Shown: piece by piece, positions 21,005 through 30,638 of the stretch | Numbering within the stretch: the first letter of the stretch is position 1 | Layout of the letters: each line of letters starts with the position of its first letter | The notes under the pieces: generated by a model | Told to the model about the DNA's origin: nothing | Database searches by the model: none | What the model saw: only the letters and a program-made list of their open reading frames with translations | Translations under genes and position numbers: made by a program | IMG/VR virus record: IMGVR_UViG_3300021963_000057 | Span: 32,001 to 96,000 of that record | Length of the DNA stretch: 64,000 bases | Source of the DNA: a virus | Direction: 5' to 3' (one strand)

Positions 21005-22269
21005 TGGCCACACCTATAGATTATGTTGATGCTCAGTGGGAAAAATGGCAGGTACTAAATGATCCTGAACGTTTCGAACACATTGACACTGAGCAATTGA
21101 AAGAGATATTGATTAAGGACCTTACGTATGCCTCACAAATGGATGTACGTGAGTATACCTTATATCAAAAGTGGTTAGAGGTGCATGAGAAATATCCAAC
21201 CAGAACAATCAGTACACTCTTTGATGAAGAAGTGCAATTGGTAGATGTTACACAAAAGAAACTGGTTGAGAAAGTCAAAAAAAACTTTTGGATGCCAGAA
21301 GGTCCAGATGACTATGAAAAATTAAAGCCAAGATTAGTCTTATCTAACGGACCTTTGGCAGAAACATGGAATACAGTACGTACATTTTCTTCTACGATGA
21401 AGAATAACTCCAACATTGGCCGCAATCTTTATTACACTGTGGTTGATGAAAACACCGACAAGTATCTTGGTGTTATCTGTATATCATCTGACTTCTTGGA
21501 CTTGACTCCAAGAGATACCGCAATTGGTTGGCCACGTGATGTTAAGACACAACAAGGCATGATTAATCATACAGCAATTGGTTCTACAATCGTTCCACTA
21601 CAACCACTTGGTTTCAATTATATGGGTGGTAAATTGTTGGCATTGTTGTGTCTTGCTGATACCGTACAGAATGATTGGAAAAGACAATATGGAGACGTTC
21701 TTGTTGGAGTTACAACTACTTCCCTTTATGGCAACACTAAGTCCAATGGTCTATCTCAGTATGATGGTCTTGAACATTGGAACAAAATGGGTTTCTCTAG
21801 TGGTTCGGTTGCTTTTGAACCGTCCAGAAAAACCAGAGCAATGATTTATGATTGGGTAAAAGAGAATCACACACGTAAATATTTTGAGTGGTGGGAAGCC
21901 AAGAATCAAAAAGGTTTGCCACTTAAACGTGACCACAAAAATCGTACATTAAATTTTGCGTATGGTAAGTTGGGTATTCCAAAAGAACTTATCCGTACAG
22001 AGCATCAGAGAGGCATCTATTTCTCACCTCTCTATAACAACACCAATGAATATCTTAGGAAAGAAATTGGTGATGAACAACTGGTCAAATCATTTGATAC
22101 CAGTGAAGAAACCTTGACGCAAATTTGGAAAACCAAATATGCCAAAGGTCGTATATCAATGTTGAAGAAAAAGAATAATGTATCTTATGAATCATTATTT
22201 TATGATGACTTGATATACCTGTCTTGGGAAGAAACCAAGGCTAAGTATCTACCACAAGTTGGCAGATAA
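21004..22269 (+). CDS. DUF4338/DruA-like (GNAT-related) protein, paralog 1
   Basis: GFNYMGGKLLALLC and TTSLYG..SQYDG shared with 48739..49845. Confidence 0.5.
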   Translation: MATPIDYVDAQWEKWQVLNDPERFEHIDTEQLKEILIKDLTYASQMDVREYTLYQKWLEVHEKYPTRTISTLFDEEVQLVDVTQKKLVEKVKKNFWMPEGPDDYEKLKPRLVLSNGPLAETWNTVRTFSSTMKNNSNIGRNLYYTVVDENTDKYLGVICISSDFLDLTPRDTAIGWPRDVKTQQGMINHTAIGSTIVPLQPLGFNYMGGKLLALLCLADTVQNDWKRQYGDVLVGVTTTSLYGNTKSNGLSQYDGLEHWNKMGFSSGSVAFEPSRKTRAMIYDWVKENHTRKYFEWWEAKNQKGLPLKRDHKNRTLNFAYGKLGIPKELIRTEHQRGIYFSPLYNNTNEYLRKEIGDEQLVKSFDTSEETLTQIWKTKYAKGRISMLKKKNNVSYESLFYDDLIYLSWEETKAKYLPQVGR

Positions 22270-22376
22270 AAAAGTATACCGCCAATATACTTGACACACA
22301 CACTAAGTAATAGTATAATGTGAATACTTGCGAAATGCAAGACTTTTGTTTTTAACTTTGTCATTAGGAGATTATT

Positions 22377-22649
22377 ATGACTACCAAAATTTCTGCGAAA
22401 GAAAAAATCCTCAATTATTTGAGCAAGACTGAGGGTTACAACACCCTTTCCACAGCACAAGCACGTGCTCGTTTCGGAATCCAAAATGTTTCCGCACGTA
22501 TTGATGAGTTGCGCCAAGAAGGCCACTGCATCTACACCAACACCAAAACACGTGGTGATGGTTCTAAGGTATCTGTATACCGTTTGGGTACACCAACTAA
22601 AGCAATGGTTCGTACCGCACTTAAAGCTGGTTACAGCTTCAGCGCTTAA
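22377..22649 (+). CDS. winged helix-turn-helix DNA-binding protein
   Basis: ARFGIQNVSARIDELRQEG; own sigma70 promoter (TTGACA..TATAAT) and terminator. Confidence 0.7.
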   Translation: MTTKISAKEKILNYLSKTEGYNTLSTAQARARFGIQNVSARIDELRQEGHCIYTNTKTRGDGSKVSVYRLGTPTKAMVRTALKAGYSFSA

Positions 22650-22659
22650 TTATTAAGCT

Positions 22660-22689
22660 AATAGGGATCCATGCCGGATCCCTATTTTT
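22660..22689 (+). terminator. intrinsic terminator
   Basis: AATAGGGATCC/GGATCCCTATT then T-run. Confidence 0.75.
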
Positions 22690-22703
22690 GTTTTGGAGAG
22701 AAA

Positions 22704-23522
22704 ATGGAAATTTCAATTAAAAAAGAAGAACTTCAGAAGAAAAGCATTTTCGTTGCTACACCTATGTACGGCGGCATGAATCATGGACTTTATGCCAAGG
22801 CATGTCTTGATTTACAAGCACTCTGTATGCAATATGGTGTTACAGTGAAATTCTCATTTCTTTTCAATGAGTCTTTAATTACACGTGCTAGAAATTATCT
22901 TGTTGATGAATTCTTGCACCGTTCAGATTGCACACACATGTTGTTCATTGATGCTGATATTCACTTCAATCCACAAGATGTTATTGCCTTGTTGGCCTTA
23001 GACAAGGATGTTATTGGTGGTCCTTATCCTAAGAAAGCGATTAAGTGGTCGTCAGTTAAGAAAGCATTGGCTAAAAATCCAGATATGGAAGCAAGTGCTT
23101 TAGATAAAGTTACTGGTGATTATGTTTTCAATCCAGTAAGAGGCACAGATAAATTTAGTGTTGCCGATCCACTTGAAGTGTTGGAAATCGGTACCGGTTT
23201 TATGATGGTTAAACGTGAAGTTTTCCCTAAGTTTGCAGAAGCATTCCCACATCTACGTTACAAACCAGACCACGTTGGCCAAGCCAACTTTGATGGTTCA
23301 CGTTACATTCATGCGTTCTTTGATACGTTGATTGACACCAAAGATTCTCCAACAGGCGGTGGTTCAGACCGTTACTTGTCAGAAGATTACATGTTCTGTC
23401 AACTGTGGCGTAAGATTGGTGGTTCTATTTGGTTGTGTCCTTGGATGCGAGCAGACCACATTGGTACCTATCACTTTAAAGGTGATATGCCAGCAGTAGC
23501 AAATTACGTTGGAGAAATGTAA
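22704..23522 (+). CDS. GT-A-fold glycosyltransferase-like protein
   Basis: NESLITRARN, FIDAD (DxD), YLSEDY.FC. Confidence 0.7.
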   Translation: MEISIKKEELQKKSIFVATPMYGGMNHGLYAKACLDLQALCMQYGVTVKFSFLFNESLITRARNYLVDEFLHRSDCTHMLFIDADIHFNPQDVIALLALDKDVIGGPYPKKAIKWSSVKKALAKNPDMEASALDKVTGDYVFNPVRGTDKFSVADPLEVLEIGTGFMMVKREVFPKFAEAFPHLRYKPDHVGQANFDGSRYIHAFFDTLIDTKDSPTGGGSDRYLSEDYMFCQLWRKIGGSIWLCPWMRADHIGTYHFKGDMPAVANYVGEM

Positions 23523-24184
23523 TGATTGTTGGTTTACTTGGATTCATTGGTTCAGGTAAAGGCACTGCCGGTGACATTCTTAAAGACCTTGGCTTTACTC
23601 CTGTGAGTTTTGCCAAAGGTGTTAAAGATGTTGCCGCAGAAATGTTTGGTTGGCCACGACACCTATTAGAAGGTGATACTGAACAGTCCAGACAATGGCG
23701 TGAACAACCAGATAAATTCTGGTCAGAAGAATTTGGTCGTGAGTTTACACCAAGACTAGCACTACAATTAATGGGTACAGAAGTTGGTCGTGAAGTTTTT
23801 CACTCTGATTTTTGGATCATCAAATTGAAAAATTATATACAAAAAAATCCAAATCAAGATTATGTTATTACTGATGTACGTTTTCAAAATGAAATTGAAT
23901 TCGTTCATCAGAACAAAGGCATTCTCATAGAGATACAACGTGGTACTACACCACATTGGTATGAGATTGCATCCAAGGCCAATCGTGGTGACTGGAAAGC
24001 GGAAGAATTTATGTTGAAGCAATCTGGTGTACATGAATCTGAATGGCGTTGGATTGGTGGTTACGTTGACCATCACATTGACAACCAAGGTTCTTTGGAA
24101 GAATTAAAGAACAAATTGATTAAATGCTTGACAACCTCTTATGGTCCAGGTATAATGAGTGAATTGAAACAAGGAGTATCGTAA
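23522..24184 (+). CDS. dNMP kinase (T4 gp1-like)
   Basis: GFIGSGKGT, TPR.ALQ.MGTE, ITDVRF.NE. Confidence 0.9.
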   Translation: MIVGLLGFIGSGKGTAGDILKDLGFTPVSFAKGVKDVAAEMFGWPRHLLEGDTEQSRQWREQPDKFWSEEFGREFTPRLALQLMGTEVGREVFHSDFWIIKLKNYIQKNPNQDYVITDVRFQNEIEFVHQNKGILIEIQRGTTPHWYEIASKANRGDWKAEEFMLKQSGVHESEWRWIGGYVDHHIDNQGSLEELKNKLIKCLTTSYGPGIMSELKQGVS

Positions 24185-24861
24185 TGAAATTATCTAATGA
24201 GACCTTAACGGTTCTTAAAAACTTTGCCAACATTAATCCTGGTATTGAGTTTAAGACTGGTAAGAAATTGACAACTATTTCCGCAACAAAGACTGTCTTG
24301 GCAAAGGCAGGCATCAAAGATGACTTTCCACAGGATTTCTGCATCTATGATTTGAACCAGTTTTTGTCCGTACAATCTCTGTACAAAGATGGTGAAATTG
24401 ATTTTGATGACAAACATGTTATCTTCAAAGTTGGTCGTAAGAAACTAAACTATCGCAAAACTGCAAAGAGCATGATTGTGACACCACCAGATAAAGAATT
24501 AACATTGCCTTCTGTTGATGTGTCATTCACATTGAAAGAAGAAGAACTTGCTTCTATCCTAAAGACTGCGAGCATCCTACAATCACCTAACATTGCCATC
24601 ATGTCTGATGGTGAAAAGATTTCTATCACAACCTGTGATGCAAAAGATAACTCTGCACATACCGATTCAACAGAAATTGCTGATGGTAACGGCAAGAAGT
24701 TTAAGGCTTTGTTTTTGACAGAGAACTTTAAAATGATTTCTGGTTCTTATGAAGTACAAATTTCATCTAAAGGTTTGTCATACTTCAAGAACACTAAAGA
24801 AGATATGGAATACTGGATCGCCATCGAAGCCAAAGAATCTGACTTGTCGTTCGGAGAATAA
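24184..24861 (+). CDS. gp45: sliding clamp
   Basis: MKLS.ETL.VLKNFA.IN, IYDLNQFL. Confidence 0.93.
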   Translation: MKLSNETLTVLKNFANINPGIEFKTGKKLTTISATKTVLAKAGIKDDFPQDFCIYDLNQFLSVQSLYKDGEIDFDDKHVIFKVGRKKLNYRKTAKSMIVTPPDKELTLPSVDVSFTLKEEELASILKTASILQSPNIAIMSDGEKISITTCDAKDNSAHTDSTEIADGNGKKFKALFLTENFKMISGSYEVQISSKGLSYFKNTKEDMEYWIAIEAKESDLSFGE

Positions 24862-24862
24862 T

Positions 24863-25138
24863 ATGACTAAAGTAAATACACTATTTGGTTCTTTTGATGA
24901 AGACCAACTGAAAAAACTTAAAGGTTATGTTGATGAAATGGTTCTACACATGAACCGAAATCAATCAAACAACGATGCAATGAAAGACATTGTAGATGTT
25001 GCCAATGAAGAATTAAAAGTGCCTAAGAAGATTATCAAGCGTATGGCAAAAACACAATTTAAAAACTCATTTCAAACTGAAGTGGCAGAATCAAAAGAAT
25101 TTGAAGCCTTGTTTGAAAGTATGAATGGAGTTAAATGA
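24863..25138 (+). CDS. T4 DsbA-like dsDNA-binding protein
   Basis: KDI...EEL.VPKK.I.RMAK..FK.SF pattern. Confidence 0.6.
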   Translation: MTKVNTLFGSFDEDQLKKLKGYVDEMVLHMNRNQSNNDAMKDIVDVANEELKVPKKIIKRMAKTQFKNSFQTEVAESKEFEALFESMNGVK

Positions 25139-25335
25139 TGGGTGAAATACGCACATGGATTGATAAAGAACAGTACATTGCTGTACTTGAAAAAGAAATC
25201 AGTGTATTACAATCCAGATATGATCCAAGTCAAGAAGGCACTGGTCATTACAATACAGCAATTCATGTATTGCAAAATAGAGTCGCTGAACTTGAACTAG
25301 AAATGATTTGGCCATTTCCAGATGCAACAAATTGA
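25135..25335 (+). CDS. hypothetical protein
   Basis: translationally coupled ORF with SD. Confidence 0.55.
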   Translation: MMGEIRTWIDKEQYIAVLEKEISVLQSRYDPSQEGTGHYNTAIHVLQNRVAELELEMIWPFPDATN

Positions 25336-25672
25336 AATACCATTCTTCTATCCACTAACGGAACAAACTTCGTTGGAGTTAGATTTTACTCCAAGTGAAC
25401 AATGGATTGCAGAGTGGCGAAACAAACAATGGAGTCCTGTCACCAGTGGCAGTTACTTAATTAGTAATGGTGGTGTTGGTATTGGAACAATCGCAGCATC
25501 ATGGTCACAACCAACAACCGAGTTTGTTATAAGACCTAGTGAAAAGAATGTTGGTAAGTGGGAAATCACAAGCGGAATGTTTGTGTATAGACCCACTAAG
25601 CCAAATACAGTCGTAAGATTTTTTGCCAAGTTACTGCTTGGCTTTAAATGGCACGATGAAATTCAATCGTAA
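25322..25672 (+). CDS. hypothetical protein
   Basis: overlapping coupled ORF. Confidence 0.55.
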   Translation: MQQIEIPFFYPLTEQTSLELDFTPSEQWIAEWRNKQWSPVTSGSYLISNGGVGIGTIAASWSQPTTEFVIRPSEKNVGKWEITSGMFVYRPTKPNTVVRFFAKLLLGFKWHDEIQS

Positions 25673-25779
25673 AAAATTGGATATAGTATTGAAACAATAA
25701 TTATTGTTTCATTTTTAATTAGAGTTCGTGTCTTGTTAAGGTTTTCTTACAGCACCTACTTATTTTATAAGGAAAAATC

Positions 25780-26793
25780 ATGTTCGATACAAAAACTATC
25801 GACCCTAATAAGGTCACGTTTACACAAATCAAATCTCCAGGCATACGATTCAAAGACCGTGTCCGCATTAAATTCTCGGAGATAAATTCCCCTGCTTTTA
25901 AAACTGGTAATCCTGTTAGGATGAAAGGTAAAAACGTTTCTCATATTCAACGATTGGAAATTTCATTTGCTCAAGGTATTGATTACACCCAAATGCCTCC
26001 TTCGGTGATTGAAAAATCCAATAATGACGGTGGAATTATCACAAAGTATGAATTAATTACAGGCAACCATAGTTTCGAAGCCATGAAAAATATTGGTTTC
26101 GATGAATGGGTGTTTGATATCTATGAATTAATTCCAAATTCTGGATATGGATATGAAGATGCTATTCGTACATTCCAATTAAAAGAAAACAATGAATCTC
26201 CAAAGTTAGGTTCTTGCGAGGAAGATGTTGTAAATATTATTTGTCGATTGATAGACCATGCTTCAAAATTGGTTGAAGCAAAAGAGGATAGTATTAAATC
26301 TTATGTTGATTCTGTTTGCACATACATGCACTGGCAAACAAGATCCAAAATTGTGAGAGATACGATTCGTAAACTATCAAAGAGTGGTAAAAACCCATAC
26401 AGAGATTATATCACTTATACTGCAAGTGATGTGGGTGAATTTTTGCAAAAAAATACAGACCTTGTTGCTTTTGGTGAATTTGATATGACTCGACAAAAAA
26501 CTGGTTGGTCAATTTTAGAGGGATATGAATATGAAATTTTGATGAATGCTATTAAAAAATATCATTCTGAAAAACGTGAATCCTACTTCACACTACATAC
26601 AGGAAGTTTAACGGACAAACTATCAACTGCCAAAGAGAAACGTCAGAAGATGGTTAACAATCTAAGCAACCTCGAAAACTCTTTGTTGAGTGTTTTTGAA
26701 TATTATCAATTAAATGGAAAATTTCCATGGCATACTATGGGTGCTTTGCCACAAGATGTCCGTGGTGGTGAACAAGATTATATCTATTTCTAA
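25780..26793 (+). CDS. hypothetical protein, possible ParB/Srx-like N-terminus
   Basis: YELITGNH resembles ParB/Srx G.HR motif. Confidence 0.45.
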   Translation: MFDTKTIDPNKVTFTQIKSPGIRFKDRVRIKFSEINSPAFKTGNPVRMKGKNVSHIQRLEISFAQGIDYTQMPPSVIEKSNNDGGIITKYELITGNHSFEAMKNIGFDEWVFDIYELIPNSGYGYEDAIRTFQLKENNESPKLGSCEEDVVNIICRLIDHASKLVEAKEDSIKSYVDSVCTYMHWQTRSKIVRDTIRKLSKSGKNPYRDYITYTASDVGEFLQKNTDLVAFGEFDMTRQKTGWSILEGYEYEILMNAIKKYHSEKRESYFTLHTGSLTDKLSTAKEKRQKMVNNLSNLENSLLSVFEYYQLNGKFPWHTMGALPQDVRGGEQDYIYF

Positions 26794-26798
26794 GTGAC

Positions 26799-26827
26799 TT
26801 GACATGGCCTTCGGGCCATGTTATAAT
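26799..26827 (+). promoter_or_regulatory. sigma70 promoter with palindromic spacer
   Basis: TTGACA-17-TATAAT; ACATGGCC-TTCG-GGCCATGT hairpin in spacer. Confidence 0.75.
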
Positions 26828-26853
26828 TTTATTTTATATTATGGAGAATTTGA

Positions 26854-27786
26854 ATGTCGCACATTTTATGGGTCGAAAAGTATCGTCCTAAAACTATTGA
26901 AGATTGTATTCTTCCTGATGGTATCAAAGCAACATTTCAGGAGTATGTAAACCGCAAAGAGATTCCTAACCTCTTGTTGTCTGGTTCTGCTGGTGTTGGT
27001 AAAACTACAATTGCAAAAGCACTTTGTGAAGAAGTCGGTTGCGATTACATTATGATTAACGGTTCAGACGAATCGGGTATTGATGTTCTACGGAACAAAA
27101 TCAAGAACTATGCATCATCTATGTCCCTGTCAGGCGGCCGCAAGGTCGTTATCATTGACGAAGCGGACTATCTAAATCCAAATTCAACTCAACCTGCCAT
27201 GCGTGGTGCGATTGAGGAGTTTGCATCTAACTGTTCTTTCATCTTCACATGTAACTTTAAAAACAGAATCATTGACCCAATTCATTCTCGTTGTACCGTT
27301 GTTGATTTTAAAATCAATGGCAGTAAACAAAAGATGGCAGCTGCCTTCTTCAAACGTGTTGAGTGGATTCTTGAACAAGAAGGAGTTACTTATGATAAGC
27401 AAGTGGTTGCTGCCGTTATCACGAAACATTTTCCTGATAATCGCCGTGTTCTCAACGAGCTTCAGCGTTATAGTGTTAGCGGCACAATTGACAAAGGTAT
27501 TCTTGCATCAGTTTCCGATGTGCAGCTAAATGAGTTGGTGACTTCACTTATGAACAAAGACTTTGCTTCTTGTCGTAAATGGGTCACAAACAACCTTGAT
27601 AATGATATCACCAGAATCTTTAGAAATATCTATGATGGTTTGTATGAGAAGTTGAAACCAAATTCTGTGCCACAAATGGTACTAATCTTGGCAAAGTATC
27701 AATATCAATCAGCCTTTGTTGCAGACCATGAAATCAATTTGATTGCCTGTCTGACAGAAATTATGGTCGAATGTGAATTCAAATGA
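26854..27786 (+). CDS. gp44: clamp loader large subunit
   Basis: LWVEKYRP, GSAGVGKTT, IIDEAD, SRC. Confidence 0.96.
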   Translation: MSHILWVEKYRPKTIEDCILPDGIKATFQEYVNRKEIPNLLLSGSAGVGKTTIAKALCEEVGCDYIMINGSDESGIDVLRNKIKNYASSMSLSGGRKVVIIDEADYLNPNSTQPAMRGAIEEFASNCSFIFTCNFKNRIIDPIHSRCTVVDFKINGSKQKMAAAFFKRVEWILEQEGVTYDKQVVAAVITKHFPDNRRVLNELQRYSVSGTIDKGILASVSDVQLNELVTSLMNKDFASCRKWVTNNLDNDITRIFRNIYDGLYEKLKPNSVPQMVLILAKYQYQSAFVADHEINLIACLTEIMVECEFK

Positions 27787-28172
27787 GTCCGTTCGATTAT
27801 GCCGATTACATCCTGAGAAAGAAGGTGCCGGATGGTGAATTGGACTTCAAAGATTATGCACCTTTTCTAATCAATAGGTCTTTGTCCAACCATTTAGATT
27901 GTGTCTTGTACGCCAACGACATGAACCTCTGGCCAGGAATCGACAAGGACATGCAATACCAGTATCTTCTAAATAGTATCAGGCCTATGAAACGTAAGTT
28001 CGTTCCATGGCAAAAGGCCGATTCTGAGAAGGATATTGAGTGCGTGAAAACCTATTTTGGGTATTCAAACTCCAAGGCTAAAGAAGCCCTACGTATCCTC
28101 ACCGATGAACAAATCGCTGATATAAAAACAAAAATAGATACAGGCGGAGTGAAGAATAATGATAGAAATTAA
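27783..28172 (+). CDS. gp62: clamp loader small subunit
   Basis: PFLINRSLS, YFGYSNSKAKEAL. Confidence 0.92.
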   Translation: MSPFDYADYILRKKVPDGELDFKDYAPFLINRSLSNHLDCVLYANDMNLWPGIDKDMQYQYLLNSIRPMKRKFVPWQKADSEKDIECVKTYFGYSNSKAKEALRILTDEQIADIKTKIDTGGVKNNDRN

Positions 28173-28566
28173 AGACTTAGTTGAAGTGACGTTGGATGAC
28201 AAAGATGATTTTTTAAAGGTACGTGAGACACTGACCCGTATTGGTGTTGCCTCTAAGAAAGACCAGACACTGTACCAATCTTGCCACATTCTCCACAAGC
28301 GTGGACAATACTATGTGGTACATTTCAAAGAACTATTTGCCTTAGATGGCAAACCAACCGACATTACCGAAAACGACCTATCACGTAGGAATGCCATTGC
28401 AAACCTATTGGAAGATTGGGGTTTGGTAAAGATTGTCAACAAAAAACAAACCGAGGTGCCACCACCTATCTTCTTGTCACAGATTAAAATATTGTCACAC
28501 AAAGAAAAGAATGACTGGCAACTTACACCAAAGTATAATATTGGTAAAAAACCGAACGGTTCTTGA
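28159..28566 (+). CDS. regA: translational repressor RegA
   Basis: DFLKVRETLTRIG, LYQSCHILHK, HFKELF. Confidence 0.96.
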   Translation: MIEIKDLVEVTLDDKDDFLKVRETLTRIGVASKKDQTLYQSCHILHKRGQYYVVHFKELFALDGKPTDITENDLSRRNAIANLLEDWGLVKIVNKKQTEVPPPIFLSQIKILSHKEKNDWQLTPKYNIGKKPNGS

Positions 28567-28591
28567 CAACTAGTATAAATACTGATATAAT
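28563..28591 (+). promoter_or_regulatory. sigma70 promoter with embedded late promoter
   Basis: TTGACA-17-TATAAT; TATAAATA at 28574-28581. Confidence 0.7.
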
Positions 28592-28593
28592 AG

Positions 28594-28745
28594 TCCCATT
28601 CGGGATGGGAAAAAAGGTGCTCCACCTACCTTAGGAGCGTACTAAAACGGGCAAACGTATTGTCACTGGAGAACGTAACCAGTACCTCAACCGATACGCC
28701 TTCGGGGTATCAATTTTTTAATCTCGCTTTTAGGAGAAACACATG
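28594..28745 (+). promoter_or_regulatory. structured 5' UTR, ROSE-like RNA thermometer
   Basis: several hairpins; TCTCGCT-TTT-AGGAGA sequesters SD with bulged G. Confidence 0.6.
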
Positions 28746-29198
28746 ACAAATCTTATGAAAGATTTTTTCACGGCCGACAAAATGTTCAGCCAAATTCAAC
28801 CATTCAGTGTAGGATTCAACGACACGTTGGAACTTATGCGTGAAGCAGCAGCGGCCGCTGCATCTAAAGCCGTAGCATATCCTCCATACAACATCAAACA
28901 GGTAAAAGAAAACAAGTACGTCATTGAAATGGCAGTTGCTGGTTTTGCTAAGTCCGATATTGAGATGACTTTGGAAGGAAATAAACTTGTAATTAAAGCT
29001 GCATCTAAAGAAGATGATTCTGAGGAATATCTATACAAAGGTATTGCCAACCGTGCATTTGAACGCACCTTTACTCTCGCAGATAAAGTAGAAATCAAAG
29101 ATGCAGAAATGATGAATGGCATGCTTAAAATTTGGTTAGAAAACATGGTCAAAGTTCAAGATGCCGTTAAGAAAATTACTATTAAGGACAGCGAATGA
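28743..29198 (+). CDS. small heat shock protein (Hsp20/IbpA-like)
   Basis: YPPYNI, IEMAVAGF, YLYKGIANRAF.RTF.L. Confidence 0.95.
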   Translation: MTNLMKDFFTADKMFSQIQPFSVGFNDTLELMREAAAAAASKAVAYPPYNIKQVKENKYVIEMAVAGFAKSDIEMTLEGNKLVIKAASKEDDSEEYLYKGIANRAFERTFTLADKVEIKDAEMMNGMLKIWLENMVKVQDAVKKITIKDSE

Positions 29199-29310
29199 AT
29201 TGGTGGCCTGTCTCCGATGAGGAGTGGGAACAACTGAATTATCCAGAAAAGTTCCGGTAATAGTAAAGAGGTTGCTTGACAACCTCTTTTTTTACCTGTA
29301 TAATATCACT

Positions 29311-29493
29311 ATGAAAACTGAAAAACAATACATCAAAAAAGTTCGTGTTAAAACCACGTTGGAGAATTACTACGTGTGTTCACCAGAGACTAAAGAGATT
29401 GATGGTGTTCAATTCGTTTACGTAATTAAGAACATTGGTATTAGGGAAACACCTAAACTAATGAGGAAAGAATCATTAGAATACGTCAAATAA
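29311..29493 (+). CDS. small hypothetical protein, likely leaderless
   Basis: ATG 7 nt after TATAAT of a TTGACA-17-TATAAT promoter. Confidence 0.55.
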   Translation: MKTEKQYIKKVRVKTTLENYYVCSPETKEIDGVQFVYVIKNIGIRETPKLMRKESLEYVK

Positions 29494-29568
29494 GGGCCTA
29501 TAGCTTAATGGTAAAGCAGTGAACTCATAATTCATTGAGTCTAGGTTCAATTCCTAGTGGGCCCACCA
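29494..29568 (+). tRNA. tRNA-CAT (probably Ile2/lysidine type)
   Basis: cloverleaf, loop CTCATAA, CCA end. Confidence 0.85.
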
Positions 29569-29586
29569 TTTTTATTAAGGAGTATC

Positions 29587-30036
29587 ATGTCGATTACAAT
29601 TAAAAATCTTGAGAGTGCATTGGCTGGAGAAAGTCAGGCACATATCAAATATCGTTACTTTGCTAAGATTGCTCGTGAAGAAGGTCACGAAGAAATTGCA
29701 AAACACTTTGAACACACAGCTGACCAAGAATTGCTTCATGCATGGGGTCATTTGGAGTTGTTGATTGGTAAACCATCAACCAAAGAATGTTTGGAGAAAG
29801 CAATTGAAGGTGAAACATATGAGTTCACACAGATGTATCCAAATATGAAAGCAGAAGCAGAGTTAGAAGGAAATCAGGAAGCTGTTCGTGAAGCTGCACA
29901 TCAAATTGCAGAATCACAAACTCACGCTGAAGAATTCCGTGCAGTACTTGCTAAGGCAGAAAAACGTTTCGCTGCTTTGACTAAGATTGAAAAACGCCAT
30001 GCAGAAGCATATCAACAAAAATTGGGAGAACTATAA
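29587..30036 (+). CDS. rubrerythrin-like ferritin-fold protein
   Basis: ALAGESQA, ELLHA, EGETYE..MYP, E..H motifs. Confidence 0.9.
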   Translation: MSITIKNLESALAGESQAHIKYRYFAKIAREEGHEEIAKHFEHTADQELLHAWGHLELLIGKPSTKECLEKAIEGETYEFTQMYPNMKAEAELEGNQEAVREAAHQIAESQTHAEEFRAVLAKAEKRFAALTKIEKRHAEAYQQKLGEL

Positions 30037-30170
30037 TGAGTGAAATACATGTGTGCGTAGTTTGTGGACATGAACATGATGAAGCAACAGAAGGTGCATG
30101 GAACACATTGCCTGATGACTTTATTTGTCCTGAATGTGGATGTGGTAAAGAAGATTACGAGGTCCTGTGA
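30036..30170 (+). CDS. rubredoxin (44 aa; not in ORF track)
   Basis: CVVCG...W..LPDDF.CPECG. Confidence 0.9.
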   Translation: MSEIHVCVVCGHEHDEATEGAWNTLPDDFICPECGCGKEDYEVL

Positions 30171-30595
30171 AACAAAAATTTCGTGATGCGTATATGAAAG
30201 TGGCTGAGACATTCGCAGAATTGTCCTCGGCTGTTAGACTTCATGTTGGTGCCATTGTAGTCAAAGATGACAGAATTATTTCAATTGGTTACAATGGTAT
30301 GCCCTCAGGTTGGGATAACAACTGTGAGTATGAAGAAGGTGATGAGTTAGGTGGTTATTATTTAAAAACTAAACCTGAGGTGTTACATGCTGAAACAAAT
30401 GCGATTGCCAAGTTGGCTAAATCTAACGAATCTGGTATGGGTGCTACTATGTTTATTACCCATGCTCCATGTTTGGACTGTGCCAAACTTATCTACCAAA
30501 GTGGTATTAACCATGTTTTATACCGGAACTCTTATCGGAGTGATGATGGTATCAAGTTTTTGGAAAAAGCCTTAGTCACTGTGGAAAAAATCTAA
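30167..30595 (+). CDS. dCMP deaminase
   Basis: HAETNA, PCLDC. Confidence 0.92.
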   Translation: MKQKFRDAYMKVAETFAELSSAVRLHVGAIVVKDDRIISIGYNGMPSGWDNNCEYEEGDELGGYYLKTKPEVLHAETNAIAKLAKSNESGMGATMFITHAPCLDCAKLIYQSGINHVLYRNSYRSDDGIKFLEKALVTVEKI

Positions 30596-30638
30596 TCATC
30601 TAAATAACTAAGGGTAATGTCGCCCTTAGGAGACCAGG

